Assembly (NCBI GenBank): GCA_039630575.1
Contig: JBCNUW010000013.1
Coordinates: 1 to 51,669, forward strand
Source: Candidatus Hydrothermales bacterium
GTDB taxonomy: Bacteria; Hydrothermota; Hydrothermia; Hydrothermales; JAJRUZ01
DNA: 51,669 bases
Direction: 5' to 3'
Position 1 is the stretch's first letter, and every line of letters starts with the position of its first letter. A program made the position numbers and the translations under genes. The notes beneath the pieces were generated by a model. The model was not told where the DNA came from. It ran no database searches and worked only from the letters and a program-made list of their open reading frames with translations. Shown here piece by piece: positions 1-10,548 of the stretch.

Positions 1-735
1 TTCACTTAAATAAATAAGTTGTGGATTATAAGGGTTTGAAACATCATAGATATAAAGTCCGCCATCTATACCAGCAGGTCCATAACCCATTGTTGTTACT
101 GCTACATAATTTGCCCAATTTGCTATCCTTGGGCCAAAATACATACTTACCTGATACGCACTTGCAATTATCACAGGATTTGACGAATCAGAGACATCAT
201 AAATCAAAAGATGGGGTTGCTTTACACCATATACATAATTACCAGAGCCACATAAATAGATAAGTGAAGAGTCACTATTTGCTCCCACCAATACTGGATT
301 TGTTGGATCAGAAATACTTATTATTCTTAATCCTCCAGCACCTGCTGCAGTATAAGCTAAATTTCCTTTAATATATATATCATAATGTGCTGTTCCAGTG
401 GAACATCTTCCTATTTCGTAAGGACTCAGCGGATCTTTAATGTTATATACAAGAAAATAACGGCGTCTTAAACCTATATAAGCAAGTGTATCCCTTATCC
501 AGATAGAACGCAATTTTTTATGAGTGCGGTCAATTTTTACTACATAAGGATTTGCAGGATTTGAGATATTTATTATTATAAGTCCAGTATCAGCAGCCAC
601 ATAGGCAAAAGTGTCCTTAACCCATAAATCATAAGTAAAGGTATAAAGCTGTAAAATACCAACAGTTTCTACGATTAAACTATCTGAAAAAAGATACCCT
701 ATAAATATATTAATCATTATAAATAACTTTTTCAT
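1..735 (-). CDS. LVIVD-repeat secreted protein, 3' end beyond window
   Basis: Hand translation from ATG 735 (SD AGGAGG): MKKLFIMINIFIGYLFS-DSL..., with repeats such as GLIIINISNPANP, GLRIISISDPTNP, GLYIYDVSNPYNP. Open to position 1. Confidence 0.85.
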   Translation of the reverse strand, partial: MKKLFIMINIFIGYLFSDSLIVETVGILQLYTFTYDLWVKDTFAYVAADTGLIIINISNPANPYVVKIDRTHKKLRSIWIRDTLAYIGLRRRYFLVYNIKDPLSPYEIGRCSTGTAHYDIYIKGNLAYTAAGAGGLRIISISDPTNPVLVGANSDSSLIYLCGSGNYVYGVKQPHLLIYDVSDSSNPVIIASAYQVSMYFGPRIANWANYVAVTTMGYGPAGIDGGLYIYDVSNPYNPQLIYLSE

Positions 736-795
736 ATTTCCTCCTTTTTTCAATATTTTAAATTAAATAAAAAATTTTTTTAAATTAGATTAATA

Positions 796-1341
796 CCCAT
801 TTTTTACACTTATTTTTCAAAAATTTTGATTTACAATAATTTTTGAGAATAAAATTTGAGCATTACACTATGTAAACCTTTCTTCAATTTTAGAGGACAA
901 AGAAATTGTTGAGGGACTTTTTATTCTAAGCACTTCTAATATCTTACCAGCAACACCTTGGAATGGATTTCTTAACCTATATTTGCCATTTTTTTAACGC
1001 CTTTTAATTTAAAAAGTTAATGATTTTCAAAATTTTTTTTAATTTTAATCTCTTTTAAATTTTTAAAAATTTGAAGAAATTTTTGGTACTGGAATAGCAA
1101 AAAAAATTTTGTGCTTTTTGGTTTGTATGCCTAAATGTTCTATTATCATAAAAAAAGTAAATGGGCATATATTTATTTAAGGTGAAGAAGGGGGACAAGT
1201 TAAAAATAAAAACGATTGAAATTCAAATTGCGGTGGCAAACATGAGTTAAGTCTTTTATGGCAATCTCATTTATCCGATATTTTTCTAAATTTTTTCAGA
1301 ATTAAAAATTTAATTTTTAACCCAAAAATAGCAAAAATGGG
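796..1341 (-). mobile_element. Internally deleted IS1634-like element remnant (MITE-like)
   Basis: Terminal inverted repeats CCCATTTTT (796) / AAAAATGGG (1341). Minus-strand fragment 993-868 KNGKYRLRNPFQGVAGKILEVLRIKSP resembles IS1634 transposase C-termini. Flanks TTAATA/TTAACT. Confidence 0.55.
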
Positions 1342-1353
1342 TTAACTAAATCT

Positions 1354-2568
1354 TTAGTCCCTTTTATTCTTGAAAATAACCTTTTTTGTTATAAGTGAAT
1401 TCTCATCAACTATACAATATTTGTACCTTCCCTTTAAAGAAGGTAACTCATATATTGCATCAAGCAAGAGATTTTCGATGATAATTTTTAAACCTCTTGC
1501 TCCCATACCAAGTTCTTTTGACCTTTTAACTATTTCTTTTTTCAAACTATCTGTAAGAATAAGCTTAATACCTTCAGAATCAAATATCTTTTCATATTGC
1601 TTTAAAATTGCATTCTCTGGCTCATAAAGGATCCTAAAAAGTTCATCTTCGGTAAGTTCGTTCAGCTTCACAATTACAGGAAATCTTCCTACAAACTCAG
1701 GTATAAATCCATATTCAATTAAATCATCAGGTAAAACTTCAAAATCAACATCATTTTTTTCCTCATTTTTAACAAATCCAAGTGAATGTCTTTTTTTTCT
1801 ATTCTCAATGATTTTATCAAGTCCAACGAAAGTCCCACCACAGATAAAAAGAATTCCTGTTGTATCAACCTGAATAAAAACTTGTTCCGGATGCTTCCTT
1901 CCACCCTGGGGTGGAATATTAGCAACTGTTCCCTCAAGAATCCTTAAAAGTGCTTGCTGTACTCCCTCCCCACCTACATCTCGTGTTATTGAAGGTGAAT
2001 CTCCCTTTCTTGCTATTTTATCTATTTCATCAATATATATTATTCCCCTCTCAGCTTTTTTTATATCAAAATCAGCCATCTGTAACAATCTTAAAATTAT
2101 GTTCTCCACATCCTCACCAACATAACCAGCTTCTGTTAAAGGGGTAGCATCCACATGAGCAAAAGGAACATTTAAAATTTTAGCAAGAGTTCTGGCAAGA
2201 AGTGTCTTACCCGTTCCAGTTGGCCCTATTAAGAGTACATTACTTTTTTCTATACTATCATCATTTAAAACCATTCTTTTGTAATGCTGATAAACGGCAA
2301 CTGATAAAACCTTCTTAGCTTTTTCATGGCCAACTACAAATCTATCAAGTTCTTTCTTTATATCCTGGGGATAGGGTACAGAAAAATAAAAATCACTTTT
2401 TAAAAATTTTTCTTTTTCTCTATCAAACATTAAATCATAACAGAATTTAACACAATCATCACATATAAAAGCATTGGCACCTGAAAAAAGTTTTTTTATT
2501 TCCCCTTCGACCCTTCCGCAGAAAGAACATCTTATATCTTTATTGGTGCTTGCCCTTTTCTCTCTCAT
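1354..2568 (-). CDS. clpX: ATP-dependent Clp protease ATP-binding subunit ClpX
   Basis: N-terminal CSFC...CDDC zinc finger, [26 protein letters not shown]. Confidence 0.98.
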   Translation of the reverse strand: MREKRASTNKDIRCSFCGRVEGEIKKLFSGANAFICDDCVKFCYDLMFDREKEKFLKSDFYFSVPYPQDIKKELDRFVVGHEKAKKVLSVAVYQHYKRMVLNDDSIEKSNVLLIGPTGTGKTLLARTLAKILNVPFAHVDATPLTEAGYVGEDVENIILRLLQMADFDIKKAERGIIYIDEIDKIARKGDSPSITRDVGGEGVQQALLRILEGTVANIPPQGGRKHPEQVFIQVDTTGILFICGGTFVGLDKIIENRKKRHSLGFVKNEEKNDVDFEVLPDDLIEYGFIPEFVGRFPVIVKLNELTEDELFRILYEPENAILKQYEKIFDSEGIKLILTDSLKKEIVKRSKELGMGARGLKIIIENLLLDAIYELPSLKGRYKYCIVDENSLITKKVIFKNKRD

Positions 2569-3164
2569 AAGGATTCTCTTCTCGAGGTTATTATTTCATC
2601 AATAATTCCATAAGAAAGAGCCTCCTGTGGTGACATAAAATAATTTCTGTCTGTATCCTTCTCAATCTTTTCCTTTGGTTGCCCTGTATGTTTTGAAAGA
2701 ATTTCATTTAACATATCTCTGATCTTCATTATTTCCTCTGCATGAATTTTTATGTCAACAGCCTGTCCATGAACACCTCCAAAAGGCTGATGAATCATTA
2801 TTCTTGAATGGGGCAATGCAAACCTTTTTCCTTTTCTCCCTGAAGCAAGTAAAATAGCTGCCATACTCGCCGCAATTCCAATACATATGGTATTTACATC
2901 GGGCCTTATATACTGAATAGTATCATAAATCGCAAGCCCTGCATTTATATAACCTCCTGGCGAATTTATGTAGATATATATGTCCTTCTTAGGATTTTCT
3001 GCTTCAAGATAAAGTAGCTGAGCAATTACTAAATTAGCAACCTGATCATCTATAGGCATACCAAGAAATACTATCCTATCCTTTAAAAGACGTGAATAAA
3101 TATCATAAGCTCTTTCGTATCTGCCTGTTTGCTCTATTACAAAGGGAATAGTTTGATTTTTCAT
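2565..3164 (-). CDS. clpP: Clp protease proteolytic subunit
   Basis: [32 protein letters not shown]. Confidence 0.98.
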   Translation of the reverse strand: MKNQTIPFVIEQTGRYERAYDIYSRLLKDRIVFLGMPIDDQVANLVIAQLLYLEAENPKKDIYIYINSPGGYINAGLAIYDTIQYIRPDVNTICIGIAASMAAILLASGRKGKRFALPHSRIMIHQPFGGVHGQAVDIKIHAEEIMKIRDMLNEILSKHTGQPKEKIEKDTDRNYFMSPQEALSYGIIDEIITSRRESL

Positions 3165-4351
3165 TCTATTATTACCTCCATTTTTACATTATTTTTTAAA
3201 AAATTCATAGCTTTTCTCCTTTTAATTGAATTTTCAACCTCCTCAAAAAATTCCCTTTCCTTCAATTTCTTTTTAAAAAATTCATAATCCATCTTATATA
3301 GCTCAGAAATCCTTTTAATCTCTTCATCTATCTCTTTTTCATCTATCTCTATCTTTAACTGTTCTGCCAATCTATCAAGAAGCAACCTTCTTCTAACTTT
3401 TTCCTCAGATATTTTAAAAAGTTCCTCAAATCTCTCTTTAAACTCTTCTTCTTTTAATTTGTATCGTGAAACAAAAATTCTTAGCTCCTCCTCAACATAA
3501 GACTTTGGAACAGGTATGGGATTTAATGCAGAAAGCTCCTCAAGGATTTTATTTTCTAACTCATTCTCAGCCTCTCTTTTTAAATCTTCTTCAACTTCCT
3601 CCCCTATTTTTTTTCTTAATTTCTCAAGACTTTCCATCTCAAACATTCTTGCAAATTCATCATCTATTTCTGGTAAAATGATTTCTTTTACAGAAATAAC
3701 ACTCCCCTCATATATAACAGTTCCAGATTTTTCAGTTCTGGCAACTCTAAAAGAGTCGCTCCTTTTTTTACCAATGAGTTCATTATAAAAATCAGACGGA
3801 ACATTCTCTTTGTTAAACTTAAAGGATTCAGTTTTACCTTTTAAAATTTCTTTTCCTGTTATATCCTTTACATTATACTTTAATACAACAAAATCGCCAT
3901 CCATCAAAGGGGTCTCTTTATCTCTAAGTTCTGCAAGAGACTCCTGATATCTTCTCAATCTCTTCTCTATCTCATCAGGTGAAGGCCTTTTTATTCTTTT
4001 TTCCACCTTTATCTTTTCAAACCCCTTTACTTCAAAAAAGGGCAAAACCTCAAAGTATACTGTAACTTCAAATTCATCTTCGTTTGCTTTTTTATCCTTT
4101 ATAAATATAGGTGATATTAGTTTTGAATTATCTTTTTTTAACTCTTCTAAAACCTTAACTTTCAAAAATTCTTCTAAGCTGCTTTCTTCAATTTCTTTTT
4201 TATATTTAACCCAAACAATTTCAAGAGGTGCTTTTCCGGGTCTGAAACCTTGAATTTTTGCTATTTTTTGATAATTTTTTTTAAACTTTTCAATATAGGG
4301 AATTATTTCTGACCTTTTTACCTTTAAAGTTAAAACTCTTTCAGTTTCCAT
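3161..4351 (-). CDS. tig: Trigger factor
   Basis: GFRPGKAP ribosome-binding signature; canonical tig-clpP-clpX order. Confidence 0.93.
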   Translation of the reverse strand: METERVLTLKVKRSEIIPYIEKFKKNYQKIAKIQGFRPGKAPLEIVWVKYKKEIEESSLEEFLKVKVLEELKKDNSKLISPIFIKDKKANEDEFEVTVYFEVLPFFEVKGFEKIKVEKRIKRPSPDEIEKRLRRYQESLAELRDKETPLMDGDFVVLKYNVKDITGKEILKGKTESFKFNKENVPSDFYNELIGKKRSDSFRVARTEKSGTVIYEGSVISVKEIILPEIDDEFARMFEMESLEKLRKKIGEEVEEDLKREAENELENKILEELSALNPIPVPKSYVEEELRIFVSRYKLKEEEFKERFEELFKISEEKVRRRLLLDRLAEQLKIEIDEKEIDEEIKRISELYKMDYEFFKKKLKEREFFEEVENSIKRRKAMNFLKNNVKMEVIIE

Positions 4352-4357
4352 CTAAAA

Positions 4358-5461
4358 TTATTTAATAAAATTATTTCTTTTTTCAAACCATTCTTTAAAT
4401 TCAATAATACCCTTAGCAATTGATAAGGAGAGTCTTTTTTGATATTTCTCATCTTTTAACTTTTTCTCATCAGAAGGTGTAGTGATAAAACCCATCTCAA
4501 TAAGAACTGCAGGAGAATAACAACCGTTTAATACATAGAATGCAGCCTGCTTCACTCCTCTATCAAGTATGTTTAAATTTTTTGAAATTGTTTTTTGTAA
4601 AATCTCTGCAAGCTTCTGTGACTCATAAAGAAACTCTGCTTGAGCCATATCCATCAAGATAAGATCTACAATATTGTTTGGAACATTTTGATCTTTATAC
4701 TCATATTTTAAAGAAGCATTCTCCAGGGCAGCTACTGCTCTTTCCCAATCAGTTTTTGCCTCAGAGAGAAAAAAAACTTCAACACCATTCGAAGTTTCTG
4801 TAACTATTGGAGAAGCATTACAATGAAGAGATACAAAAAGATCTGCCCCAACCTTGTTTGAAAATTTTGTTCTTTCAGTTAAAGATATAAAAGTATCTTT
4901 CTCTCTTGTCAAAAAAACTTCAAAACCCCTTTTTTTAAGTTCCTCCTTTAAATATTTAGCAACCTTTAAATTAATATCCTTTTCCTTTGTTCCACTTTTA
5001 CTTACTGCCCCAAAATCAATACCTCCGTGGCCAGGATCCAGAACAATTTTTTTTATCTCTCTTAAAATCTTTTTCTTTTCCTTCAAAGTATAAGTTTCCT
5101 CAATTTTCTCCTCTTCCTTTTTATAAAGACTATCAGGAACTTCTCCAGTTAAAATTATTCTAAAATAATTTTCTTTGTTTTCAATTCTATAACGCTTACA
5201 AAAATAACCAAGATCAAGAATGATTTTTGCCTCGTTTTTTTCACTTAACATCTCAACTCCCTTTAAAATTGGATGAATTAATTTTGATGAAAAAGTAAAT
5301 ATTGAATCTATATTTCCTAACCTTATTTCAATTTTTCTTTCCTTTAAAACTCTCTCATATTTAAAAGGCCCCTTTGAATGAAAGGTAAGATATACGGAAT
5401 CTTTTTTTTGAATTATTTCAGGAGGTCCCAAAAAGATTTTTAAAAAAATAAATAAAATCAT
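4358..5461 (-). CDS. N-acetylmuramoyl-L-alanine amidase (Amidase_3)
   Basis: IVLDPGHGG, EKDINL, FVSLHCNA, VLIEMGF motifs. Confidence 0.95.
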   Translation of the reverse strand: MILFIFLKIFLGPPEIIQKKDSVYLTFHSKGPFKYERVLKERKIEIRLGNIDSIFTFSSKLIHPILKGVEMLSEKNEAKIILDLGYFCKRYRIENKENYFRIILTGEVPDSLYKKEEEKIEETYTLKEKKKILREIKKIVLDPGHGGIDFGAVSKSGTKEKDINLKVAKYLKEELKKRGFEVFLTREKDTFISLTERTKFSNKVGADLFVSLHCNASPIVTETSNGVEVFFLSEAKTDWERAVAALENASLKYEYKDQNVPNNIVDLILMDMAQAEFLYESQKLAEILQKTISKNLNILDRGVKQAAFYVLNGCYSPAVLIEMGFITTPSDEKKLKDEKYQKRLSLSIAKGIIEFKEWFEKRNNFIK

Positions 5462-5913
5462 CTTAGCATCTCCCTTTTTAATTCTCTTTCAATTTCTCTC
5501 TTCTTTATAAGCTCCTTTTTTTCATATTTCTTTTTCTTCTTAGCAAGAGCAAGTTCTATCTTTGCCCATGACCCCTTAAAAAAAACTCTTACTGGAATTA
5601 AAACAAGCCCCTTTTCTTTCCACTTTCCAATCAGTCTTTTAATTTCTCTTCTTGTCAGCAAAAGTTTTTTTTTCCTTTCAGGATTAGGGAAAAATTTAAA
5701 AGCCGGTGGATATGGGGAGATGTAGAAATTGTAAATATAAGGTTCACCATCCTCAAATTTCACATATGCGTCACTTATTGAAGCCCTTCCCTCTCTAAGT
5801 GATTTAACCTCTGCTCCCTTTAAAACAACACCACAAATAAAAGTTTCAAAAATTTCATAATCACTTTTTACTTTTTTATTTAAAAGAATATCTCTTTCTC
5901 TTTTACTTTTCAT
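5458..5913 (-). CDS. smpB: SsrA-binding protein
   Basis: GVVLKGAEVKSLR, RKKKLLL, C-terminal basic tail. Confidence 0.95.
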   Translation of the reverse strand: MKSKRERDILLNKKVKSDYEIFETFICGVVLKGAEVKSLREGRASISDAYVKFEDGEPYIYNFYISPYPPAFKFFPNPERKKKLLLTRREIKRLIGKWKEKGLVLIPVRVFFKGSWAKIELALAKKKKKYEKKELIKKREIERELKREMLR

Positions 5914-5927
5914 TTCAGTCCCAAATA

Positions 5928-6335
5928 TTAATTATAAGATAAAATCTTTTTAAAATTTTCAAAAAAACTTTTATAATCTCTTCCTGGAATTACTACTTTT
6001 AAATCTCCTCTTGCTCCAATAACAGGGAAATCCTTAGAAAGATATTTTAAAAATATGGTTTTTGAAGAGTTGCTCAAATATATAATTAATGAATTTTTTG
6101 TTAAATTCTCTATAAAAAAATCTTCATTCTCTTTTTCCTCCCGGAAAAGTATGTAATTTTTTAACCCAATCTTATACAAAAATTTTTCTATTTCTTCATT
6201 ACTTTTATCATGAATAATTATTAACTTATCGTACACCTCGATTTTAAGTGGAAAGGATATATAACTTCTCTTAGGTCTTATTTTAAAAGTTAAAAAATAA
6301 ATTTTTTTTAAAATTTTTTTTAAATTCTTCATCAA
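5928..6335 (-). CDS. Hypothetical protein
   Basis: 135-aa ORF whose start overlaps the stop of the preceding gene. Confidence 0.6.
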   Translation of the reverse strand: MMKNLKKILKKIYFLTFKIRPKRSYISFPLKIEVYDKLIIIHDKSNEEIEKFLYKIGLKNYILFREEKENEDFFIENLTKNSLIIYLSNSSKTIFLKYLSKDFPVIGARGDLKVVIPGRDYKSFFENFKKILSYN

Positions 6336-6754
6336 AATTCAAAAAAGAGCCCAAGTTTTAAAAAATTTAAAAAAGTTTCTCCATCCCAAAAGACCTTAAA
6401 ACCTAGCAGAGGAAACATTTCCTTCTTTAATGTGACTAAAAAATTAAGGGAGTAAAAAAAGCCATCCTCTCTATAATTTTCCTTTTCCTTAATAGCATAG
6501 ACACACCCTGGGAAAAGTGAGAAAACAAAAGTTTTATTTAGTAAAAATTTATGAAAAATACCAACTTCATAATTCTTAACAAAAATCTCTGTTCCAGAGG
6601 AAACTTCAATCTCAGAATAACCAAAATATAGCTTAACTTTACTAATTTTTGAAACAAAAACAAATTCCCTACCAATGCCTGGATCTTCATTAGGTTTTGA
6701 CTGAGGAAATAAAAGGTTAATTGAAAAATAAAAGGAAAAAAGAAACAAATTCAT
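6332..6754 (-). CDS. Hypothetical protein, possible small outer-membrane beta-barrel
   Basis: Alternating beta-strand pattern, ends LKLGLFFEF (terminal Phe); ATGA overlaps. Confidence 0.55.
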   Translation of the reverse strand: MNLFLFSFYFSINLLFPQSKPNEDPGIGREFVFVSKISKVKLYFGYSEIEVSSGTEIFVKNYEVGIFHKFLLNKTFVFSLFPGCVYAIKEKENYREDGFFYSLNFLVTLKKEMFPLLGFKVFWDGETFLNFLKLGLFFEF

Positions 6755-7677
6755 GGTTTAAATATATTTTTCAAAATAAAAAATAAGTTAGCCGGACGCT
6801 CGCCAAGTCTTCTCATAAAATAGGCATACCACTCACTACCAAATGGAACGTAAATCCTAACTCTATAACCTGCTTTAACAATTTTTTCCTGGAGGTCTCT
6901 CCTTATACCATAAAGCATTTGAAATTCAAATTTATCTGGCAGAATGTTATTTTTCTTTACAAGTTCAAAAGTAAAATTTATCAGTTTTTCATCATGTGTT
7001 GCTACACAGGGGTATGTTCCTCTATTCAAAGAATTATTAGAAAATAAAATCAAAAGTGCCCTTTTAAAATTCTCATCAACTTCCTTTTTTCTTTGATAGG
7101 CAATCTCCTTCGGTTCTTTATAAGCTCCCTTACAAATTCTTACCTCTGCTCCAATTAAAGACAATCTCTCAAGATCAGAAATTGTCCTTTTTAAATAACT
7201 CTGAATAGCAACACCTACATTTCCAAATTCATTAAAAGCTCTTTCGTATATATCAAGTGTCCTTTGTGTGAATGGGGAATTTTCCATATCTATACACACT
7301 CTAATGTTCAATTCCTTTGCATACTCAAGTATCTCACTTAGGGATTTATAGGCAAGATCATCTGAAATCATAAGACCAAGATGGGTAAGTTTTAGTGAAA
7401 TTGTAGAATTTAAATTTTCATCCTTTATAACTTTTAGTATCGTTTTATAATCTTTTACCACACCTTTAATTTTATCTTCGTCAGTTAAACTTTCACCTAA
7501 CTTATCTACAGTACAGGTCATATTAAGTTCATTCAAATTCCTAATCACTTTAACAGCACTTGATAGCGTTTCACCTGCTACAAACCTTTCAACCAACTTT
7601 TTAGAGGGAGGAAACTTTTCAACATAATTTTTAAGGTTTTGCTTTTGTGATAAATATAAAAATATTTCACGGAACAA
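6751..7677 (-). CDS. Monofunctional proline dehydrogenase
   Basis: RFVAGE, SLKLTHLG, IDME, RICKGAY, ATHD, EFQMLYG, YFMRRLGERP. TTG start with SD AGGAGG. Confidence 0.95.
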   Translation of the reverse strand: MFREIFLYLSQKQNLKNYVEKFPPSKKLVERFVAGETLSSAVKVIRNLNELNMTCTVDKLGESLTDEDKIKGVVKDYKTILKVIKDENLNSTISLKLTHLGLMISDDLAYKSLSEILEYAKELNIRVCIDMENSPFTQRTLDIYERAFNEFGNVGVAIQSYLKRTISDLERLSLIGAEVRICKGAYKEPKEIAYQRKKEVDENFKRALLILFSNNSLNRGTYPCVATHDEKLINFTFELVKKNNILPDKFEFQMLYGIRRDLQEKIVKAGYRVRIYVPFGSEWYAYFMRRLGERPANLFFILKNIFKP

Positions 7678-7700
7678 TTTTCCCCTCCTTTTTAATAAAA

Positions 7701-9092
7701 TTATTTTATAAAAAAATTTCTCTTAAGTAAAATAAAGTTATCATTAACAAACATACTATCAGTAAAAATTTTCTGTATAACTTCCCTGAGAGGGTCCTTA
7801 AAGGAAACAAAATAAAACTCCGCTCCAGTTAACTTATGTTCTATAAATTTTAAAAGCATTCTTTTAGTATTCTCTTTATCAATGAAGTTTCTAATTTCTT
7901 TCGAAGTCTCTAAATTGAAGGAAGGAGAAAGCATACGAACTTTTAATTTCTCCATATTGTAAAAAAAGAAATAGGGGTCACTGTATGTAATTACCTCCTC
8001 TCCTCTTGGAACAAGTTCAGCTGCCTTAATGACTGTATTTTTTATCTTTAAAGTGACGCTCAGAATAGTTCTTATATTTAAAATAAAAAATAAAAATTGA
8101 CCAACAAGAAAAAGGAAATATAAAAAAAGAAAAAAATTAAATCTAATTAATTTAATACCTCTGTAAAGAAAAAAAGTAAGTATAGGATATAAAAAGGCAA
8201 TATGTCTTGAAAAATGTATGCCCGAGAAAATTGAGAAACTACTTATGAAAAAAACCAAAATAAAAATTGAAAAAAATATAAAATGCAAAGGGTTTTTCTC
8301 CTTAAAAATATAAATTATTATAAAAAGTAAGAAAAAGGGTGGATATATAAAAGTTGAAAGATAATTAGTCACTTGTATGTTCAAAAGAGGAAAACCTAAA
8401 AGAATTCCAGCAAAATGTTTTAAAAAAGTTTCAAAACCCTTTATGATAGCAAGGCTTAATTCATAATTAAAAAAAAGAGATTGAGCTCTCAAAGCAGTAG
8501 TTGTTAAAAAACCTGTTAAAAGGTAATTTAAAAGAAAAGGTAAAATTGAAATTAATAAAACTGATATGATGGGTATAAAATTACCTTTAAAATTTTTTAA
8601 AGTAAAGAGTCTATAAAAAAAATAAAAAATTGCCACAATTAAACCTTCGGGTCTTAAAAAGATCAAAAGAGGATAAATTAAAAAAAATTTCTTGTCATCA
8701 TCAGAAAAATATAAGGAAAGATAAAAGAGAAATGTATATAAAGGAAAATTTAAAGTAAGATAAAAATTTATAAAAAAGGGGAAAGAGAAAATTAGAAAAA
8801 AAATTGGAAAATTACTCTTTTCACTAAAAAACTTTTCATAAAATTTTTTTATTATTAAAATTGTAAAAAACATAATAATAGAATTAAATAAATAAGTAAC
8901 CAAAATAAAAAGATCTTTATTTTTCAAACATAAAAGGTAGATCAAAGCATAAACAAATGGGTGTAAATAACCTGGGGGGAAATTTGAAAATTTTTCATCA
9001 GCATTTAATTTAAATAAAAGTCCTTCCGAAATTCGTATAGAATATATTGACTCAGCGTATAAATCGGCACTAAGAAAAACTGGTTCTATCAC
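7701..9092 (-). CDS. Polytopic membrane protein, GT-C-fold glycosyltransferase-like
   Basis: Many transmembrane segments, LRPEG motif, C-terminal soluble domain. Confidence 0.6.
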   Translation of the reverse strand: MIEPVFLSADLYAESIYSIRISEGLLFKLNADEKFSNFPPGYLHPFVYALIYLLCLKNKDLFILVTYLFNSIIMFFTILIIKKFYEKFFSEKSNFPIFFLIFSFPFFINFYLTLNFPLYTFLFYLSLYFSDDDKKFFLIYPLLIFLRPEGLIVAIFYFFYRLFTLKNFKGNFIPIISVLLISILPFLLNYLLTGFLTTTALRAQSLFFNYELSLAIIKGFETFLKHFAGILLGFPLLNIQVTNYLSTFIYPPFFLLFIIIYIFKEKNPLHFIFFSIFILVFFISSFSIFSGIHFSRHIAFLYPILTFFLYRGIKLIRFNFFLFLYFLFLVGQFLFFILNIRTILSVTLKIKNTVIKAAELVPRGEEVITYSDPYFFFYNMEKLKVRMLSPSFNLETSKEIRNFIDKENTKRMLLKFIEHKLTGAEFYFVSFKDPLREVIQKIFTDSMFVNDNFILLKRNFFIK

Positions 9093-9957
9093 CTTTTTTT
9101 AGAATTTTTAAGTATTCTCTTTTCAAAATTAAGGCATCATCCTCAAGAGAGGGACTTTCACATATTAAAAATCCCTTAATATCTTTTTCTTTTAAAACTT
9201 TTAATACTTCTTTAAACTTAAATTTTGAATCCTTAAAAACAAGATGTTTTTTTTCACCCTTTTCAGTATACTCCATACCTGAAATATGTATATGCATCCT
9301 CTTTAAAGAATCCTTTCCGAGAGCTTCCTCATAATGATTTACTAACTTCATAAATTCTTCATAGCTATTTATTTTGCCAAGAGATCGTGCGTAGAGATGA
9401 GCAAAATCAAGACAAGGTTCTACCTCACCTTTAAACTCAGTGGAAAGTTCAAGTAATTCAACTAAATCTGCATACTGAGAAGGTTTACCCATAGTTTCTG
9501 GTCTAAGTCTAACTCTAATATTTTCTTTATCTAACATTTCAAAAATTGTTAAGAGGGCGTCTTTTACTTTTTTTCTGACGGTTTTCAAGTTTTCATCATG
9601 CATATAGGCAGAATGAAAGCATATCTCATAGGCACCCATCAAATATCCAATTTTTGCAGAATCGTAAATGTATTTTATACTGTTTCTAAACTTTTGTTTT
9701 TCCTTAGAATTTAAATTTATAAAGTAAGGAGCATGAACTGATAGGAAGACCTTGGTCTCCTTTGCAAGATCCTTTATTTTAGCTGCCCTCTCTTCTTTTA
9801 TCTTTACTCCCTTAACAAATTCAACCTCCATTGAGTCTAATTTAAGTTCATTTATTCTTATAATCCCTGATTCTGTAGAACTATCCTTTGCTGATTCAGG
9901 AACTCCAGCTGTTCCTATATAAAGTTTCTCATATTGTATAGGTAAAATTTTTTTCAT
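9070..9957 (-). CDS. nfo: Endonuclease IV-like TIM-barrel (AP endonuclease family 2)
   Basis: SVHAPYFINL, ETMGKPSQ, DFAH, HIHISG, ICESP. Start placed at ATG 9957 to avoid overlapping folE. Confidence 0.85.
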   Translation of the reverse strand: MKKILPIQYEKLYIGTAGVPESAKDSSTESGIIRINELKLDSMEVEFVKGVKIKEERAAKIKDLAKETKVFLSVHAPYFINLNSKEKQKFRNSIKYIYDSAKIGYLMGAYEICFHSAYMHDENLKTVRKKVKDALLTIFEMLDKENIRVRLRPETMGKPSQYADLVELLELSTEFKGEVEPCLDFAHLYARSLGKINSYEEFMKLVNHYEEALGKDSLKRMHIHISGMEYTEKGEKKHLVFKDSKFKFKEVLKVLKEKDIKGFLICESPSLEDDALILKREYLKILKKGDRTSFS

Positions 9958-9964
9958 TGAAATA

Positions 9965-9980
9965 TGATAAATTTTTATCA
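9965..9980. promoter_or_regulatory. Palindromic operator candidate between divergent nfo and folE
   Basis: TGATAAA-TT-TTTATCA, a perfect 7-2-7 inverted repeat. Confidence 0.4.
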
Positions 9981-9996
9981 GAAAATTTTTCAAGGA

Positions 9997-10548
9997 ATGG
10001 AAGAAAAAATTAAAAATTATTTGAGAGAAATTTTAAGATATTTAGGCGAAAACCCGGAAAGGGATGGACTTTTAAAAACTCCTGAAAGATTTCTCAATAT
10101 GTTAAAGGAACTAACAGAAGGTTATAGAATTGATCCTGAAGATATTGTGAAAGACGCCATATTTCATGCAAATACTGATCAGATGATAATAGTAAAGGAC
10201 ATTGATTTTTCAAGTTTATGTGAACATCATTTAATTCCTTTTTTCGGAAAAATTAACATTGGTTTTATACCTGATAAGAAAATTATTGGACTTTCAAAAA
10301 TTCCAAGGATAGTTGAAATTTTTTCAAAGAAATTACAAGTTCAAGAAAGATTGACAGAGGAGATAGCTAGCTTTTTATACCAGAAAATTGAGCCCAAAGG
10401 ACTTGGAATAACAGTTGAGGCAATACATTTATGCACGGTAATAAGAGGAGTAAAAAATAGGAGTGCAAAACTTTTTACAAGTAAGATGATGGGTAATTTT
10501 AAAGATTTTGAGATCAAAAATGAATTTCTAAATGAAGTTAAGGGGTAG
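9997..10548 (+). CDS. folE: GTP cyclohydrolase I
   Basis: GENPERDGLLKTPER, SLCEHH, GLSK, QVQERLT, HLCTVIRG. Confidence 0.97.
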   Translation: MEEKIKNYLREILRYLGENPERDGLLKTPERFLNMLKELTEGYRIDPEDIVKDAIFHANTDQMIIVKDIDFSSLCEHHLIPFFGKINIGFIPDKKIIGLSKIPRIVEIFSKKLQVQERLTEEIASFLYQKIEPKGLGITVEAIHLCTVIRGVKNRSAKLFTSKMMGNFKDFEIKNEFLNEVKG

